This document shows, in pieces, positions 21,354-31,498 of a stretch of 64,000 nucleotides of DNA; position 1 is the first letter of the stretch; every line of letters starts with the position of its first letter. The position numbers and the translations under genes were made by a program. The notes below the pieces were generated by a model. The model was not told the origin of the DNA and ran no database searches. It worked only from the letters and a program-made list of their open reading frames with translations. Source of the DNA: an uncultured Pelagibacteraceae bacterium (lineage in GTDB: Bacteria; Pseudomonadota; Alphaproteobacteria; Pelagibacterales; AG-422-B15); the NCBI GenBank assembly GCA_902526565.1, contig CABZLP010000001.1:64361-128360 (forward strand). The letters are read 5' to 3'.

Positions 21354-22613
21354 CTACACCCGCTTAATGTCTGCTCCACATGCTTCTAATTTTACTTCAA
21401 TTTGTTCATACCCTCTATCCAAGTGATAAATGCGATTTAGCGTTGTTTCACCTTCAGCTGCTAATCCTGCTAAAATTAAACTTACAGAGGCTCTTAAATC
21501 TGTTGCCATCACTGGAGCTCCTCTAAATCCTGAGCAAGGATTAATAATTGCTCTTTTGCCATTAATTACAATATTTGCTCCCATTCTATTCAATTCAGGT
21601 ACATGCATGAATCTATTTTCAAATATGTTCTCGTCAATAACTGACTTAGTTTTAGCCATAGACATTAAAACCATCATTTGAGCTTGAACGTCTGTGGGAA
21701 AGCCAGGATATTCCTTTGTTTTAATTTCAATACCTTCATTAATAATAGATTTATTTACTGTCACTGAATTTTCATCGAAAATTATATCTACTGGCAATGT
21801 TTTTAAAGTTTCGAGAACATTACTAATGTGTTCAATATTTAAATTTTCTATTTTAAGTCCATCTCCAACTAGTGCTCCAGCTATAATATAGGTTATAGCC
21901 TCGATACGATCAGGAATAATAGAATAATTTGAACTATTCAAAGTTGTTACCCCTTGAACCACGACAGATCTGTTATCATCAAGTTCAATTTTTGCTCCCA
22001 TAGTATTTAAGCAATTAATTAAATCAATCACCTCAGGTTCTAGAGCAATGTTAGAAATTTTAGTCTCGCCCTTAGCCAATGACGCGGCCATTATGATATT
22101 TTCCGTCGCACCAACAGATACTTTAGGAAGTTCGATCTTATTTCCAGTCAATCCTTTTGGTGCACTACATTGAATATATCCTTTTTCTAATTCAAAAGTT
22201 GCACCAAGTTTTGTAAGTGCGTCTATATGAATATCAATTGGCCGAGCACCTATGGCACATCCTCCAGGAAGCGATACACTAGCCTCACGCTTTCTTGCAA
22301 GTAATGGCCCAAGCACTAAGATACTTGCTCGCATTTTTCTCACTAAATCATATTCAGCAATAGTTTTCTCTGTATCTGTATATTGAAGTGCAATAGAATT
22401 TTTATTATTTATAATTTTTGTAATATTAACTCCAAGAGATGATAAAACCATACTCATAGTTTTTACATCAACTAGATCAGGAACATTTGAAAGTTCTAAT
22501 TTTTCATTTGTTAAAATGCTAGCAGCCATAATTGGTAGAGCAGCATTTTTTGATCCACTAACAGGAATCACACCCCTTAGAGGTTGTCCTCCATTTATAA
22601 TAATTTTCTGCAT
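21354..22613 (-). CDS. murA: UDP-N-acetylglucosamine 1-carboxyvinyltransferase
   Basis: 419 aa with SGSKNAALPI and the LPGGCAIGARPID active-site Cys loop. Confidence 0.95.
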   Translation of the reverse strand: MQKIIINGGQPLRGVIPVSGSKNAALPIMAASILTNEKLELSNVPDLVDVKTMSMVLSSLGVNITKIINNKNSIALQYTDTEKTIAEYDLVRKMRASILVLGPLLARKREASVSLPGGCAIGARPIDIHIDALTKLGATFELEKGYIQCSAPKGLTGNKIELPKVSVGATENIIMAASLAKGETKISNIALEPEVIDLINCLNTMGAKIELDDNRSVVVQGVTTLNSSNYSIIPDRIEAITYIIAGALVGDGLKIENLNIEHISNVLETLKTLPVDIIFDENSVTVNKSIINEGIEIKTKEYPGFPTDVQAQMMVLMSMAKTKSVIDENIFENRFMHVPELNRMGANIVINGKRAIINPCSGFRGAPVMATDLRASVSLILAGLAAEGETTLNRIYHLDRGYEQIEVKLEACGADIKRV

Positions 22614-22619
22614 TGAATT

Positions 22620-23174
22620 TTATAGCTTGGGAAGAGTAACGCCGGTTTGTTTCATGTATTTCCCTTTTCTATCCTTATAAGAAATCTCAGGCGGAGCCTC
22701 ACCTTTATAGAATAGGAACTGGCAGCCTCCTTCATTTGCATAAATTTTTGCCGGAAGTGGTGTTGTATTTGAAAACTCTAAAGTTACATGACCTTCCCAC
22801 TCAGGCTCTAAAGGAGTTACATTGACTATTATCCCACATCTTGCATATGTTGATTTTCCTAAACAAACAACCAATACATCTCTTGGAATTCTGAAATATT
22901 CTACAGTGCGTGCCAGTGCAAATGAATTGGGTGGTATAATGCATTCTTTGCCTGGTCTATCAACAAAGCCTTTGTCATCAAAATTTTTGGGATCAACTAA
23001 GGCTGAGTCAACATTTGTAAATATTTTAAAATCTTCAGATACTCTTGCATCATATCCGTAAGAAGACAATCCAAAGGAGATAGTCCCATCTTTTTTTTGT
23101 CCGTCCACAAAGGGTTCAATCATACCTTGTTCTAAGGACATTTTTTTGATCCAGTTATCAGACATGATGGTCAT
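22620..23174 (-). CDS. dcd: dCTP deaminase
   Basis: 184 aa containing [10 protein letters not shown]...[17 protein letters not shown]. Confidence 0.9.
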   Translation of the reverse strand: MTIMSDNWIKKMSLEQGMIEPFVDGQKKDGTISFGLSSYGYDARVSEDFKIFTNVDSALVDPKNFDDKGFVDRPGKECIIPPNSFALARTVEYFRIPRDVLVVCLGKSTYARCGIIVNVTPLEPEWEGHVTLEFSNTTPLPAKIYANEGGCQFLFYKGEAPPEISYKDRKGKYMKQTGVTLPKL

Positions 23175-23175
23175 C

Positions 23176-23307
23176 TTATTTCTCTTCTTTCTTTCGTTGA
23201 TATTCTTTTCTTTTTATTAAATTCTGTCTCAAAGCTTCAGATAGTCTTTCAGTATCATTTAGCTTTTTATTCTTTTGCTCGTCCTTCGAGGAACTGTTTG
23301 ATTTCAT
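23176..23307 (-). CDS. Candidate 43-aa basic small protein (below the ORF-track cutoff)
   Basis: My translation is [43 protein letters not shown]. Its TAA lies 1 nt before the dcd ATG. It overlaps the next ORF by 41 nt in another frame. Confidence 0.3.
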   Translation of the reverse strand: MKSNSSSKDEQKNKKLNDTERLSEALRQNLIKRKEYQRKKEEK

Positions 23308-23455
23308 CTTTATTCAACCCTGCTTTTTTAAGCTCTTTTACAAGTTTTTCTTCTTCTTTTTTATCTGTATTATCAGCTTGTTTGGACTCTCTTTTCTGCT
23401 GTTTTGCCATCGCGCGCTCTCCGCGTTTAGACTTGTAATCGTGATGAATGCCCAT
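23267..23455 (-). CDS. Small Lys/Glu-rich hypothetical protein (62 aa from ATG 23455)
   Basis: The ORF-track start at 23518 is TTG. The internal ATG at 23455 is preceded by GGAGA and 5 further nt (TAATT), so it is the more likely start. Confidence 0.45.
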   Translation of the reverse strand: MGIHHDYKSKRGERAMAKQQKRESKQADNTDKKEEEKLVKELKKAGLNKDEIKQFLEGRAKE

Positions 23456-23554
23456 AATTATCTCCGTGAATTGCGCTACTTTATACAATTTTTTTATAGG
23501 ATTCTCTAGTAAAAACAAGGAATGCTATAGAAGGATTATTTTCAAAGCTTATGG

Positions 23555-24724
23555 CTAGTCTTTAATGAACAGATCGCTTGAAATATCAGAAAACTTTTCT
23601 GATCCATTTTCTATAACTCTCAATGAATGACTCGCCTCAACACCCCAGCTACCAAATTGCATTACTGCAATCATGTGAAATGTAACATTTGGATGAAGAA
23701 TAGTTTGGTCTCCTTTAGAGATATTTATTGTATGCTCGCCCCAATCCGGAGGGTAACCTATGCCAATTGAATATCCTGTTCGAGACTCTTTTTTAATGTC
23801 ATGCTTATCAAGAACAGCCCAAAATTTTTGTGCTACATCATCAGCTGTATTTCCAGGTTTAATGGCTGAAATACCTTCATCTAAGGCTTCATTGGTAGCC
23901 TTAATTGCATCAATTTTTTTTTGCTCTGCCTTACCAAGCAACACTGTCCTCGCTAGTGGAGCATGATATCTCTTATGAACACCAGCTAGTTCAACAATTG
24001 TATTTTCGCCCTTAACAAACTTCTCTTGTGTTGCTGTTAAATGAGACGCAGATGTCCCTGCGCCAGTAGGTAGTAAGGTGGTAATACTTGAGTACTCACC
24101 TCCAATTTCAGGTGTTCCATAAAACATTGCTTTTTGAATTTCACCTACTGCATCACATTGCCTAATTCCTGGATTTATTATGTCAATTGCAGTTTGTATA
24201 GCCTGATCGGTAATCAATGCAGCTTTTTTCATTAGTTCAATTTCATTATCTGATTTAATAAATCTCACCCAGTTCACAAGCCTTTCAGAATCTTTAAGTG
24301 ATGCATCAGGCAATCCATCAATAAGTTTCTGATAACAATAAGCTGTAAAATAATGACTATCCATTTCAAGACCAATTGATTGATTGTCCCATTTTTTATT
24401 TTTAATGACCTCGATTAAATAATCATAGGGATGATTGGGCCATGTATGGATATATTTTTCTGCATATACAATAATATTTTCTTGAGACCAACAGCTCTGT
24501 AAAAATGCACCACCAGCGTCTTGATCTCTCACAAATAAAAATGGCTCGTCTATATCAACATGGACTAAAACACATTGTGCATAATAAAATGACCATGCAT
24601 CATATCCTGTGAGATAATTCATATTTGCGGTATCTTGCGATATTAACAGATCTATCTTTTTTTCTTGCATCGACTTCTTAACTTTAGCAAGTCTGTCTAT
24701 ATATTCACTTTTAGGGAAATTCAT
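23555..24724 (-). CDS. M24-family metallopeptidase (creatinase / ectoine-hydrolase DoeA-like)
   Basis: Has a creatinase-type N-domain (NYLTGYDAWSFY) and a pita-bread C-domain. I prefer ATG 24724, which gives MNFPKSEYIDRL and lies 4 nt after the upstream stop, over the track's TTG at 24751. Confidence 0.75.
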   Translation of the reverse strand: MNFPKSEYIDRLAKVKKSMQEKKIDLLISQDTANMNYLTGYDAWSFYYAQCVLVHVDIDEPFLFVRDQDAGGAFLQSCWSQENIIVYAEKYIHTWPNHPYDYLIEVIKNKKWDNQSIGLEMDSHYFTAYCYQKLIDGLPDASLKDSERLVNWVRFIKSDNEIELMKKAALITDQAIQTAIDIINPGIRQCDAVGEIQKAMFYGTPEIGGEYSSITTLLPTGAGTSASHLTATQEKFVKGENTIVELAGVHKRYHAPLARTVLLGKAEQKKIDAIKATNEALDEGISAIKPGNTADDVAQKFWAVLDKHDIKKESRTGYSIGIGYPPDWGEHTINISKGDQTILHPNVTFHMIAVMQFGSWGVEASHSLRVIENGSEKFSDISSDLFIKD

Positions 24725-24728
24725 AAAT

Positions 24729-25889
24729 CTAAGATAGTCGTTCACAAACAAGTTTGGTCCAGAAAGAGGACCCGATCACAAGAAGTTTGTCATTAAAGTC
24801 GTATTTAGAAGAATGTAATGATTGGCCGTGTGTTCCCTCTGTTCCATTGCCAATAAGTATGTAACAACCTGGTTTAACCATTAACATTTGAGCAAAATCT
24901 TCAGAAAATAATTTTGGATCACAATTTCCATCAACATTTTTAGTTCCAACAAGATCTTCAGCGACCTTAGACGCAAAAGCTGCTTGTTCAGTTGTATTAA
25001 TTGTCATGTTTGTTCGAGTATCGTATGTGAATTCAAATCTTATACCGTGAGCATTGGCAATGCCCTCAACAATGTTTCGCATACTATCTTCAATAATTTG
25101 ATTAGCCTCAGGCGAAAGTGCTCGAGCATCTCCAGAAATTATAGAATGACCAGGTAAAATATTTTCATTTCCATCAGACTCAAATTTAGTAACAGATACA
25201 ACACCATTCATTGCGGGATTTAATTTTCTTGAAACTATTGATTGTAATGAAGTTATAATTTGTGTTCCTACTGTTATAGTATCAACTCCCATGTGCGGCA
25301 ATGCAGAATGTCCACCTTGACCCCAAAGCTTAATATTAAAGAGACTCTCACTAGCTGTTATTGTGCCTGAACGTGTAGCGAAAGAGCCAACTTCCATTCC
25401 TGGCAGATTATGAAATGCATAAACTTCGTCTATCGAGAATTTTTCAAACAAACCGTCATCAATCATTGCTTGTGCACCTTGCGTTTTTTCTTCATCAGGT
25501 TGGAAAATAAAATAAACCGTGCCATTAAAATTTTTTGATTCAGAAAGATATTTGGCTGCGCCTAGAGCCATTGCCGTATGGCCATCGTGACCACACGCAT
25601 GCATTTTTCCTTCATGAGTGGATTTGTATTCACAGTTACTCTCTTCTTTTACTGGTAAAGCATCCATGTCAGCACGTATACCTATACTCTTATTGCTATT
25701 ACCACTTTTAAGGACAGCAACGATACCTTTTTTTCCAATGCCCTCGAAAACCTCTAATCCAAAACTTTTTAAAATTTCAGCAACTTTTGCTGATGTAATA
25801 TCTAAATCAAAATTTAGTTCTGGATGGGCATGAAAGTCATGTCTCCAAGCAATCATTTCTTTTTCGTAATTTTCTGTAACTACATTCAT
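24729..25889 (-). CDS. M20-family amidohydrolase (hippurate hydrolase / N-acyl-amino-acid amidohydrolase-like)
   Basis: Has HAHPEL, HACGHDGH and FQPDEE motifs. Confidence 0.85.
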   Translation of the reverse strand: MNVVTENYEKEMIAWRHDFHAHPELNFDLDITSAKVAEILKSFGLEVFEGIGKKGIVAVLKSGNSNKSIGIRADMDALPVKEESNCEYKSTHEGKMHACGHDGHTAMALGAAKYLSESKNFNGTVYFIFQPDEEKTQGAQAMIDDGLFEKFSIDEVYAFHNLPGMEVGSFATRSGTITASESLFNIKLWGQGGHSALPHMGVDTITVGTQIITSLQSIVSRKLNPAMNGVVSVTKFESDGNENILPGHSIISGDARALSPEANQIIEDSMRNIVEGIANAHGIRFEFTYDTRTNMTINTTEQAAFASKVAEDLVGTKNVDGNCDPKLFSEDFAQMLMVKPGCYILIGNGTEGTHGQSLHSSKYDFNDKLLVIGSSFWTKLVCERLS

Positions 25890-25899
25890 GTCTTAATAT

Positions 25900-27042
25900 T
25901 TATAATTTCTTTCTAAGCCAATTATGAAACCTTTTTATTTCATACTCTTCAGGCATTAAGGTGCCATTTTTACGTACGGGGTTATGTATGCCTTTTTGAT
26001 TAAGTTCACAAGCTTCTGCATCCTGTTTCATTACGAGTACAGCAAAATCAACAACATTTTTCATTGAATATTTACTATCTTTTAGTGTTTCTTTTCGAAA
26101 AACCCACTCAGCTGTTACCTCTGTGAGTTCATTCGACAAAGGAAGAATTCGTACCATTCTGATATGATCAGTAAAGATTGCTAGAAACATAGAAGGCCAG
26201 CTTGTCATATAAATATATCCGGGGAAGTCTGTCTGCTTTTCTAAATACTCCACACGATGCCCTTGCGCACTCCCATTCATCGACCACGTTTCAGTACCTT
26301 TTTTCATGCCCCCTTTGTACTTTGGATCATCATGATTGATAAATCTTTTCCAGTTAGGGTCATCTTTAATATCAACAAGTCTGCGACCATAAATGGGAAC
26401 TAGTTCGGATAATTCTGGATGAAGGTTTGGGCAATGGAGACATTCGCTATAATTTTCCCAAAAAATTTTCCAATTGCATTTTATTCTTTTCTTCCACGTA
26501 TGACCTATTTGATAATCGCTGACGTTTAATTGCGAAAATGATTCACTATAATCCGGAAAGACTTTTTTAGAGTTCCATTTTGCTTTTTTATCTAAATTGA
26601 TAAAGATTAATCCATTCCAGACTTTAATATTTACATGAATTAAACAATTTTTGTCTTTTTTAAAATTTTTTGGATCAATAATTGAAGAAGTTTTTACCAA
26701 ACGTCCATCATTAGCGTTATAAGACCATTGGTGATAAGGGCAAACCAATAAATTGGACTTCAACTTTCCATTTTTCTCCTTTTTTAAAATTGAACCTCTA
26801 TGACTGCAAGAATTATAATACGCACATATGCTTCCCTCTTTATTGCGAATAAGGAGAATGTTAAACTTACTTATTTCAACAGTATGAAACGATAAAGGTT
26901 GTGATATAGAATCTTCATGGCAAATGTATATCCACTCTTTAGCTAAAACTTTCTTTATTTCTTTATCAAATTGATTTTGATTGAAATACCAATTTAATGG
27001 CAAAGACTTTTCTGTCTTTTTTAAAATAAATCCCTCACTCAT
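25900..27042 (-). CDS. Rieske [2Fe-2S] non-haem-iron oxygenase, alpha-subunit type
   Basis: Has the Rieske motif CSHRGS...CPYHQW and the mononuclear-iron region NWKIFWENYSECLHCPNLH. Confidence 0.85.
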   Translation of the reverse strand: MSEGFILKKTEKSLPLNWYFNQNQFDKEIKKVLAKEWIYICHEDSISQPLSFHTVEISKFNILLIRNKEGSICAYYNSCSHRGSILKKEKNGKLKSNLLVCPYHQWSYNANDGRLVKTSSIIDPKNFKKDKNCLIHVNIKVWNGLIFINLDKKAKWNSKKVFPDYSESFSQLNVSDYQIGHTWKKRIKCNWKIFWENYSECLHCPNLHPELSELVPIYGRRLVDIKDDPNWKRFINHDDPKYKGGMKKGTETWSMNGSAQGHRVEYLEKQTDFPGYIYMTSWPSMFLAIFTDHIRMVRILPLSNELTEVTAEWVFRKETLKDSKYSMKNVVDFAVLVMKQDAEACELNQKGIHNPVRKNGTLMPEEYEIKRFHNWLRKKL

Positions 27043-27152
27043 ACTTGTAAAAATTTTATACCCTTATATTGTCTATTGCTAGATATTATGAGAAAAATAA
27101 TGCATAACATGACCAGGTTATATTCTATCTTAACAAAAAAATAATTGAGCAC

Positions 27153-27776
27153 ATGTTTCCAGATGATCTGACAGAAAAGTACAAAAATTGGCAAAATGAT
27201 GTCTTTATAAAAAACAAAGATCATTTTGAAAGACTTGTTAGAGAAGGACAATCTCCAAAGTATATTATTATTTCCTGCGTTGACTCAAGAGTTGATCCAA
27301 ATTCAATATTCAAATCAGAGCCAGGTGAATTTTTGGTTCATAGAAATATTGCAAATATAGTGCCACCCTATGATTATATAACGGAACATAGTGGAACAAT
27401 TGCGGCTATTGAGTTTGGCGTATCTGTCTTAAAGATTAAAAATATAGTTGTCATGGGTCATTCAAGCTGTGGTGGCATTAAAAATGGCTATTATATGTGT
27501 AAAGAAAATTCCTTCAATGCCAATTCATCAATTTCAAACTGGTTAAATCTTCTTGAGCCCTCGTATAACAAACTCGCTAACATGAACGAAGATGAGTCGA
27601 TAAAAAATTTGGAAAAGTTAAGTATCAAATCATCTATTGAAAATCTAAAAAGCTATCCATTTGTTCGGGAAAAATTAGATAGTAAGGAAATAAACATTTA
27701 TGGCTCGTGGATAGACATTAGATCGGGTAAAATTCATGCACTTGATTTTGCGTCAAGTATATTTCAGCCAATTTAG
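27153..27776 (+). CDS. can: Beta-class carbonic anhydrase
   Basis: Has CVDSRVDP and GHSSCGG zinc-ligand motifs. Confidence 0.88.
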   Translation: MFPDDLTEKYKNWQNDVFIKNKDHFERLVREGQSPKYIIISCVDSRVDPNSIFKSEPGEFLVHRNIANIVPPYDYITEHSGTIAAIEFGVSVLKIKNIVVMGHSSCGGIKNGYYMCKENSFNANSSISNWLNLLEPSYNKLANMNEDESIKNLEKLSIKSSIENLKSYPFVREKLDSKEINIYGSWIDIRSGKIHALDFASSIFQPI

Positions 27777-27836
27777 TACAAATAATATATTTAAAAGAAT
27801 AAAAGACTTCTTTATTTTTAGTGATATAAAGTAGCG

Positions 27837-28760
27837 ATGCAAAATGTCGTCTCAATAAAAAAATTATCAAAAATTTATGATAATGATTTTCAGGCACTCA
27901 AAAATATCACTCTTGACATAAAGAAAAATGAAATAATTGCTTTGTTGGGTCCAAATGGAGCTGGAAAAACAACAATGATTAGCATAATATGTGGAATTGT
28001 TATTCCAACATCTGGCTCAGTAACAGTCGATAATTTTGATATTATAAAAGACTACAGACGTACCAGGTCGCTAATTGGTTTAGTTCCACAAGAATTATCA
28101 TTAGAACAATTTGAGTATGTATTTAATAACGTTTCTTATACACGCGGTTTATATGGAAAAGCTCCAAATCCATCTTTAATTGAAAAAATTTTAAAAGATT
28201 TAAGCTTGTGGGAAAAGAGGCACTCTAGAATTAATGAATTATCTGGTGGCATGAAAAGAAGAGTATTAATTGCAAAAGCTCTTTCACATGAACCCTCTGT
28301 ATTATTTCTGGATGAACCCAGCGCTGGTGTAGATGTTGAATTAAGGCAAGAAATGTGGCAAGTAATCAAAGACCTTAGGAATAGCGGTGTTACAATTATT
28401 CTTACTACCCATTACATTGAGGAAGCTGAGGCAATCGCTGACCGTGTTGCTGTTATTAATAAAGGAGAGCTTCTTGTAGTTGATAACACATCTGACTTAG
28501 TACAAAGTATGGGTCAGAAAACACTTCTTATTGAATTGCACGAAGCTGTTCAGACACTTCCCTCTAAATTAAAAGGATACAATCTAAAAGTATTAAACAA
28601 TGGATTATCGATTAGCTATAATTATGACTCGTCAAGTAAACAAACAGGGATTACATCTCTGCTGCAAGATATGAAAGAAACTGGATTGAAGTTAAAAGAC
28701 ATTAAAACTGAGCAAAGTTCTTTGGAAAACATTTTTGTCGAGCTTGTAAGGGAAAATTGA
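27837..28760 (+). CDS. ABC transporter ATP-binding protein (ABC-2 exporter, YadG-like)
   Basis: Has Walker A GPNGAGKTT, signature LSGGMKRR and Walker B LFLDEP. At 307 aa it is close in size to YadG. Confidence 0.88.
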   Translation: MQNVVSIKKLSKIYDNDFQALKNITLDIKKNEIIALLGPNGAGKTTMISIICGIVIPTSGSVTVDNFDIIKDYRRTRSLIGLVPQELSLEQFEYVFNNVSYTRGLYGKAPNPSLIEKILKDLSLWEKRHSRINELSGGMKRRVLIAKALSHEPSVLFLDEPSAGVDVELRQEMWQVIKDLRNSGVTIILTTHYIEEAEAIADRVAVINKGELLVVDNTSDLVQSMGQKTLLIELHEAVQTLPSKLKGYNLKVLNNGLSISYNYDSSSKQTGITSLLQDMKETGLKLKDIKTEQSSLENIFVELVREN

Positions 28761-29521
28761 TGAATTTTTACGCCATAAGAGCAATATATTTCCATGAAAT
28801 GGATAGAATGCGAAGAACAATAGGTCAAAGTATACTCTCACCTGTTATTTCAACTTCGTTATATTTTATTGTATTCGGGTCTGTAATAGGGGGCATGATA
28901 CCTGAGCTTGATGGTGTGAGTTATGGATCATTTATAGTACCTGGCTTGCTTATGCTTACTCTTTTGACACAAAGTATTTCAAATTCAGCATTTGGAATTT
29001 TTTTTCCAAAGTTTACAGGGTCAATTTACGAAGTATTGGCTGCGCCAGTATCATCTTTTGAAATCATTGTTGGATTTGTTGGGGCTAGTGCAACTAAGTC
29101 TCTGATAGTTGGTATAATAATTTTATTTACTGCTAGTTTTTTTGTTGAACTAAAAATTCAATATCCTTTATTGATGCTTTTTCTACTGATTTTAACTTGT
29201 CTTACATTTAGTTTGTTTGGATTTTTAATCGGATTACTTAGTAATAATTTTGAACAACTCCAAGTTGTTCCTCTAATAATTATTACTCCATTAGTTTTTT
29301 TAGGGGGTAGCTTATACACGATCGAAATGTTACCTGAATTTTGGCAGAAAGTTTCATACTTTAATCCTGTGGTATACCTTATAAATGGAATGCGGTGGTC
29401 GTTTTATGGCGCTTCAGATATCAATATTTTTATAAGTGTAGTGTCACTCGTGGGGTTTTTAATTACATGCATAGTTGGCGTAGCCATAGTGATATCTAAG
29501 GGCTATGGTGTTAAAACCTAA
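28757..29521 (+). CDS. ABC-2 type transporter permease (YadH-like)
   Basis: 254 aa with 6 TM segments. Its start overlaps the ATPase stop by 4 nt. Confidence 0.8.
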   Translation: MMNFYAIRAIYFHEMDRMRRTIGQSILSPVISTSLYFIVFGSVIGGMIPELDGVSYGSFIVPGLLMLTLLTQSISNSAFGIFFPKFTGSIYEVLAAPVSSFEIIVGFVGASATKSLIVGIIILFTASFFVELKIQYPLLMLFLLILTCLTFSLFGFLIGLLSNNFEQLQVVPLIIITPLVFLGGSLYTIEMLPEFWQKVSYFNPVVYLINGMRWSFYGASDINIFISVVSLVGFLITCIVGVAIVISKGYGVKT

Positions 29522-29548
29522 AATACTAAATCTTAAGTTTTAAATTAT

Positions 29549-31498
29549 TTAATCGCGGATCCATATGGGAGATGACCACGCCATCTCTGTCATTGTCGCA
29601 CTATACTCTTTTGGCGGTTTTCGACCTGCTCTAATATTATCATATGTAGTCCACCTACATGTTGGGTTTTGCAATACTCGAGCATAATAAAAGGCATTCT
29701 GTTCTGGCATATAATTTGGATCTTTCCACAAAACTTTAAGCTCGTTTGCACCCCTATCTTGATCAATCTCACATGTTGTTAAGTCTACATCTATTTTTAA
29801 TGTTTCGCATCTCAACGAATTTTTATTTATTTTTCTATTCTCGCTGCATACAACATCTATCACTTCTTCCATTGCCTCACCGTTTTCTATCCAACCTTTA
29901 ACGACTTGTACTTTATCTAATGGAGCGTCAATAGGATCTTTTTTTGCTGTGATATAAAATGAGAGATTTTTACCTTCATTATGCTTGATGGTACTACCCA
30001 TAGGATTACCATCATTGTAAGCGTACGTTAAAGGATCAGACAATGCCATAATACTTTCATCGTATTCAAAACCTCCAAAAAATCTCAGTTCAATTCGTGT
30101 CCCCGTTGTCGCATATACTTCTTTGTTTTGCATGGCCTCAAAAAGTTCATCTCGATTATTTTCTTTAGCCCAAATTGCGGCAAGTCCTCCAGGATTATTC
30201 ACAAATCGAGGAATAAATGCATGCGCATCAGTTCGAGCAAATGCTGGTCCTACAACACTACTTTCCCCCTTAAAATCCCACTCTTCAGTATCTCCAGGGT
30301 TTGCGTTATGAGTATCAGAACTTCCAATCACTCCTAAATCTAACGGATTAAAACCTAAATCTCTCTCAAGTTCTATGCCTCGTTTTAATGCATCTCTTAC
30401 CATTGAAGTAGGTTGAATACACAAGGTATCTCCTTCTTTTTCGCATTTAGGATAAATTTGTTCAATATTACATTCTTCATCTGTGCTTCCAAAAAAGGTA
30501 CTACACTCCGAGTTCCCTTTAATTTGGAACATTTCAACGAGAGGTTCAACCTCATCTCTCAATGCCCAGTCTGCTTCTGTATATTCAGCTCCATCAATCG
30601 TCTTATCAGCAAATGTGACACCCCAAGATCGATTACTATTATGTGGTATGGTCATGAATTCACAGGGATAATTACATGCCGCTAATAATTTTTCCCATAA
30701 ATCTATTGCTGTATGAGCATCAAAAAGTGAAAATACTCTATCAGGCACGGTATTATTTTTAAAAATAACATTGCGATGATTGTAGCCCCCGTCAGGTAAA
30801 ACTGGAGAATATTCATATGCAACAAATGTTGTAAATTTTCCTGGATCGTTGTGTCTTTCAGCTGCATTAATAATTTTGTTCCAAGTGGACCTTATAAATT
30901 TTTCTTCTTTTTCTTTGTCATTGATTGCCTCAGACAAAAAACTTACCGGTGGTCTTTTTACCGCTGTTTCCCTCAATTCGGCAAAAAATTTAAAACTAGG
31001 AGTCTCTAATCGCTGACACGTATAAATTGACTCTTCTGTAATATCAGGATCACTACAACTCTCATGTATTCCAAAAGTCTCTGCGTGATCGGTTACTGCT
31101 GCAAAATCCAGCGGTCTTGATATTTGCATTGTTTCACCATACATATTTTTAAATGGTATGCCTTTCGCAAACTCATAAGATTCATCAACGTCAAGCCGTG
31201 TATTGAATATATAGGCATCAAAGGAAAGGCTGGAGTGAACATGCAAATCTCCAAAGTATACATTTTTTAACTCATTCTTTTTCTTATATTTCTCTTTTTG
31301 GAACTCCCATTGTAAAAAAGCGTCTTCATTTTGTTGAGCAGCTAATGCTCTAGCTTTTTCAACATCCTCTTTTGTCATCAACGGCTGGTCCGTCATCACC
31401 AACGGTGGTTTAAAAAATGGTTTTAAGTAAACATAGCCTCCAACTAAAACTATAGTTAAAGTTACTGCGATTAAGACTAACCAATTTACTTTACTCAT
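29549..31498 (-). CDS. DUF3604-family protein (membrane-anchored, PHP-like metal-dependent hydrolase fold predicted)
   Basis: Has an N-terminal TM anchor, then GDLHVHSSLSFDAY and ..SDTHNA.. motifs that I associate with DUF3604. Confidence 0.6.
   Translation of the reverse strand: MSKVNWLVLIAVTLTIVLVGGYVYLKPFFKPPLVMTDQPLMTKEDVEKARALAAQQNEDAFLQWEFQKEKYKKKNELKNVYFGDLHVHSSLSFDAYIFNTRLDVDESYEFAKGIPFKNMYGETMQISRPLDFAAVTDHAETFGIHESCSDPDITEESIYTCQRLETPSFKFFAELRETAVKRPPVSFLSEAINDKEKEEKFIRSTWNKIINAAERHNDPGKFTTFVAYEYSPVLPDGGYNHRNVIFKNNTVPDRVFSLFDAHTAIDLWEKLLAACNYPCEFMTIPHNSNRSWGVTFADKTIDGAEYTEADWALRDEVEPLVEMFQIKGNSECSTFFGSTDEECNIEQIYPKCEKEGDTLCIQPTSMVRDALKRGIELERDLGFNPLDLGVIGSSDTHNANPGDTEEWDFKGESSVVGPAFARTDAHAFIPRFVNNPGGLAAIWAKENNRDELFEAMQNKEVYATTGTRIELRFFGGFEYDESIMALSDPLTYAYNDGNPMGSTIKHNEGKNLSFYITAKKDPIDAPLDKVQVVKGWIENGEAMEEVIDVVCSENRKINKNSLRCETLKIDVDLTTCEIDQDRGANELKVLWKDPNYMPEQNAFYYARVLQNPTCRWTTYDNIRAGRKPPKEYSATMTEMAWSSPIWIRD

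Noticed and set aside
27039-27251. 70-aa minus-strand ORF overlapping the carbonic anhydrase start.
   Set aside because: It is a hydrophobic low-complexity translation of an AT-rich promoter region, and it overlaps two well-supported genes.
27777-27836. Possible AT-only hairpin (AAAGAA-N8-TTCTTT followed by a T-run) as the terminator after the carbonic anhydrase gene.
   Set aside because: The stem is only 6 A-T/G-C-poor base pairs, so it cannot be distinguished from background in an AT-rich spacer.
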